Source: Oikopleura dioica (lineage: Eukaryota; Animalia; Chordata). Taken from it: a DNA stretch of 57,156 nt. This document shows positions 53,516 to 57,156 of the stretch, one piece after another. How positions within the stretch are numbered: position 1 is the stretch's first letter; each line of letters starts with the position of its first letter. Location of the stretch: assembly GCA_907165135.1 (NCBI GenBank), contig CAJRAX010000011.1, forward strand, positions 1 to 57,156, written 5' to 3'. The notes under the pieces were generated by a model. It had not been told where the DNA came from, ran no database searches, and saw only the letters and a list, made by a program, of their open reading frames with translations. Position numbers and translations under genes: made by a program.

Positions 53516-55878
53516 GTTATGCTTGTAGAGGGCTCAAGTTAGTCTTAGAGCGTGGGCGCGACTAGGGTTATGCTTGTAGAGGGCTCAAGTTAGTCTTAGA
53601 GCGTGGGCGCGACTAGGGTTATGCTTGTAGAGGGCTCAAGTTAGTCTTAGAGCGTGGGCGCGACTAGGGTTATGCTTGTAGAGGGCTCAAGTTAGTCTTA
53701 GAGCGTGGGCGCGACTAGGGTTATGCTTGTAGAGGGCTCAAGTTAGTCTTAGAGCGTGGGCGCGACTAGGGTTATGCTTGTAGAGGGCTCAAGTTAGTCT
53801 TAGAGCGTGGGCGCGACTAGGGTTATGCTTGTAGAGGGCTCAAGTTAGTCTTAGAGCGTGGGCGCGACTAGGGTTATGCTTGTAGAGGGCTCAAGTTAGT
53901 CTTAGAGCGTGGGCGCGACTAGGGTTATGCTTGTAGAGGGCTCAAGTTAGTCTTAGAGCGTGGGCGCGACTAGGGTTATGCTTGTAGAGGGCTCAAGTTA
54001 GTCTTAGAGCGTGGGCGCGACTAGGGTTATGCTTGTAGAGGGCTCAAGTTAGTCTTAGAGCGTGGGCGCGACTAGGGTTATGCTTGTAGAGGGCTCAAGT
54101 TAGTCTTAGAGCGTGGGCGCGACTAGGGTTATGCTTGTAGAGGGCTCAAGTTAGTCTTAGAGCGTGGGCGCGACTAGGGTTATGCTTGTAGAGGGCTCAA
54201 GTTAGTCTTAGAGCGTGGGCGCGACTAGGGTTATGCTTGTAGAGGGCTCAAGTTAGTCTTAGAGCGTGGGCGCGACTAGGGTTATGCTTGTAGAGGGCTC
54301 AAGTTAGTCTTAGAGCGTGGGCGCGACTAGGGTTATGCTTGTAGAGGGCTCAAGTTAGTCTTAGAGCGTGGGCGCGACTAGGGTTATGCTTGTAGAGGGC
54401 TCAAGTTAGTCTTAGAGCGTGGGCGCGACTAGGGTTATGCTTGTAGAGGGCTCAAGTTAGTCTTAGAGCGTGGGCGCGACTAGGGTTATGCTTGTAGAGG
54501 GCTCAAGTTAGTCTTAGAGCGTGGGCGCGACTAGGGTTATGCTTGTAGAGGGCTCAAGTTAGTCTTAGAGCGTGGGCGCGACTAGGGTTATGCTTGTAGA
54601 GGGCTCAAGTTAGTCTTAGAGCGTGGGCGCGACTAGGGTTATGCTTGTAGAGGGCTCAAGTTAGTCTTAGAGCGTGGGCGCGACTAGGGTTATGCTTGTA
54701 GAGGGCTCAAGTTAGTCTTAGAGCGTGGGCGCGACTAGGGTTATGCTTGTAGAGGGCTCAAGTTAGTCTTAGAGCGTGGGCGCGACTAGGGTTATGCTTG
54801 TAGAGGGCTCAAGTTAGTCTTAGAGCGTGGGCGCGACTAGGGTTATGCTTGTAGAGGGCTCAAGTTAGTCTTAGAGCGTGGGCGCGACTAGGGTTATGCT
54901 TGTAGAGGGCTCAAGTTAGTCTTAGAGCGTGGGCGCGACTAGGGTTATGCTTGTAGAGGGCTCAAGTTAGTCTTAGAGCGTGGGCGCGACTAGGGTTATG
55001 CTTGTAGAGGGCTCAAGTTAGTCTTAGAGCGTGGGCGCGACTAGGGTTATGCTTGTAGAGGGCTCAAGTTAGTCTTAGAGCGTGGGCGCGACTAGGGTTA
55101 TGCTTGTAGAGGGCTCAAGTTAGTCTTAGAGCGTGGGCGCGACTAGGGTTATGCTTGTAGAGGGCTCAAGTTAGTCTTAGAGCGTGGGCGCGACTAGGGT
55201 TATGCTTGTAGAGGGCTCAAGTTAGTCTTAGAGCGTGGGCGCGACTAGGGTTATGCTTGTAGAGGGCTCAAGTTAGTCTTAGAGCGTGGGCGCGACTAGG
55301 GTTATGCTTGTAGAGGGCTCAAGTTAGTCTTAGAGCGTGGGCGCGACTAGGGTTATGCTTGTAGAGGGCTCAAGTTAGTCTTAGAGCGTGGGCGCGACTA
55401 GGGTTATGCTTGTAGAGGGCTCAAGTTAGTCTTAGAGCGTGGGCGCGACTAGGGTTATGCTTGTAGAGGGCTCAAGTTAGTCTTAGAGCGTGGGCGCGAC
55501 TAGGGTTATGCTTGTAGAGGGCTCAAGTTAGTCTTAGAGCGTGGGCGCGACTAGGGTTATGCTTGTAGAGGGCTCAAGTTAGTCTTAGAGCGTGGGCGCG
55601 ACTAGGGTTATGCTTGTAGAGGGCTCAAGTTAGTCTTAGAGCGTGGGCGCGACTAGGGTTATGCTTGTAGAGGGCTCAAGTTAGTCTTAGAGCGTGGGCG
55701 CGACTAGGGTTATGCTTGTAGAGGGCTCAAGTTAGTCTTAGAGCGTGGGCGCGACTAGGGTTATGCTTGTAGAGGGCTCAAGTTAGTCTTAGAGCGTGGG
55801 CGCGACTAGGGTTATGCTTGTAGAGGGCTCAAGTTAGTCTTAGAGCGTGGGCGCGACTAGGGTTATGCTTGTAGAGGG
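53516..55878 (+). repeat. Telomere-associated 51-bp tandem array, block 1 (46 full units plus 17 bp)
   Basis: Unit GTTATGCTTGTAGAGGGCTCAAGTTAGTCTTAGAGCGTGGGCGCGACTAGG, with no variant copies seen. Confidence 0.98.
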
Positions 55879-56170
55879 TTAGGGTTAGGGTTAGGGTTAG
55901 GTTAGGTTAGGGTTAGGGTTAGGGTTAGGGTTAGGGTTAGGGTTAGGGTTAGGTTAGGGTTAGGGTTAGGGTTAGGGTTAGGGTTAGGGTTAGGTTAGGG
56001 TTAGGGTTAGGGTTAGGGTTAGGGTTAGGGTTAGGGTTAGGGTTAGGGTTAGGGTTAGGGTTAGGGGTTAGGGTTAGGGTTAGGGTTAGGGTTAGGGTTA
56101 GGGTTAGGGTTAGGGTTAGGGTTAGGTTAGGTTAGGGTTAGGGTTAGGGTTAGGGTTAGGGTTAGGGTTA
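55879..56170 (+). repeat. Internal (TTAGGG)n tract, about 290 bp
   Basis: TTAGGG repeats with occasional TTAGG and TTAGGGG. Confidence 0.98.
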
Positions 56171-56875
56171 GTCTTAGAGCGTGGGCGCGACTAGGGTTAT
56201 GCTTGTAGAGGGCCCAAGTTAGTCTTAGAGCGTGGGCGCGACTAGGGTTATGCTTGTAGAGGGCCCAAGTTAGTCTTAGAGCGTGGGCGCGACTAGGGTT
56301 ATGCTTGTAGAGGGCCCAAGTTAGTCTTAGAGCGTGGGCGCGACTAGGGTTATGCTTGTAGAGGGCCCAAGTTAGTCTTAGAGCGTGGGCGCGACTAGGG
56401 TTATGCTTGTAGAGGGCCCAAGTTAGTCTTAGAGCGTGGGCGCGACTAGGGTTATGCTTGTAGAGGGCCCAAGTTAGTCTTAGAGCGTGGGCGCGACTAG
56501 GGTTATGCTTGTAGAGGGCCCAAGTTAGTCTTAGAGCGTGGGCGCGACTAGGGTTATGCTTGTAGAGGGCCCAAGTTAGTCTTAGAGCGTGGGCGCGACT
56601 AGGGTTATGCTTGTAGAGGGCCCAAGTTAGTCTTAGAGCGTGGGCGCGACTAGGGTTATGCTTGTAGAGGGCCCAAGTTAGTCTTAGAGCGTGGGCGCGA
56701 CTAGGGTTATGCTTGTAGAGGGCCCAAGTTAGTCTTAGAGCGTGGGCGCGACTAGGGTTATGCTTGTAGAGGGCCCAAGTTAGTCTTAGAGCGTGGGCGC
56801 GACTAGGGTTATGCTTGTAGAGGGCCCAAGTTAGTCTTAGAGCGTGGGCGCGACTAGGGTTATGCTTGTAGAGGG
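56167..56875 (+). repeat. 51-bp tandem array, block 2 (about 14 units, GGCCCAAG variant)
   Basis: Same unit with T>C (GGCTCAAG to GGCCCAAG) in all 13 copies of that position. Confidence 0.97.
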
Positions 56876-57156
56876 TTAAGTTAGTCTTAGGCGTTAGGTT
56901 AGGTTAGGGTTAGGCTTAGGGTTAGGGTTAGGGTTAGGGTTAGGGACTAGGGTTAGGGGTTAGGGTTAGGTTAGGGTTAGGGTTGAGGTTAGGGTTAGGG
57001 TTAGGGTTAGGGTTAGGGTTAGGGTTAGGGTTAGGGTTAGGGTTAGGGTTAGGGTTAGGGTTAGGTTAGGGTTAGGGTTAGGGTTAGGGTTAAGGTTAGG
57101 GTTAGGGTTAGGGTTAGGGTTAGGTTAGGTTAGGGTTAGGGTTAGAGTTAGGGTTA
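56876..57156 (+). repeat. Terminal telomere (TTAGGG)n with a degenerate proximal part
   Basis: TTAGGG runs to the window end, with a G-rich + strand as expected for a right chromosome end. Confidence 0.97.

Noticed and set aside
53516-56875. CRISPR array
   Set aside because: These are head-to-tail identical units with no unique spacers, no cas genes, and a eukaryotic telomeric context.
55879-57156. TTAGG and TTAGGGG variants as a second telomerase template
   Set aside because: They differ only in G-run length and are irregularly placed, so they cannot be distinguished from homopolymer base-calling error.

Overview
This is a eukaryotic, gene-dense window ending in a chromosome end (TTAGGG)n on the + strand. 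The 35-50 bp GT-AG introns, several GA-AG/GG-AG introns and tight same-strand gene packing point to an appendicularian tunicate such as Oikopleura dioica (inference). Left two thirds (1-37.5 kb): mostly intact spliced genes. These are a lineage-specific kinase fused to a papain-like Cys/His/Asn domain, a GT31 glycosyltransferase with a second degenerate GT domain, a 7-repeat protocadherin, sorbitol dehydrogenase, two paralogous secreted proteins, an EF-hand protein, an ABCA transporter, Rac, an RRM protein, a FERM protein and an AlkB-like 2OG-Fe(II) oxygenase. Several carry single-base homopolymer indels, probably assembly errors. Distal part (38-53 kb): intron-containing but broken copies of housekeeping genes (SLC26, BRAP, KDM1B, ZDHHC, PTGES2, RSU1) with nonsense codons and large deletions. 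Many short inverted-repeat elements (8-bp-TSD and TTAA-TSD types) occur, some nested. The end is composite: 46 identical 51-bp repeats, about 290 bp of TTAGGG, about 14 copies of a one-base variant of the same 51-mer, then terminal TTAGGG. All exon structures and alignments were done by eye, so coordinates of multi-exon genes are approximate.
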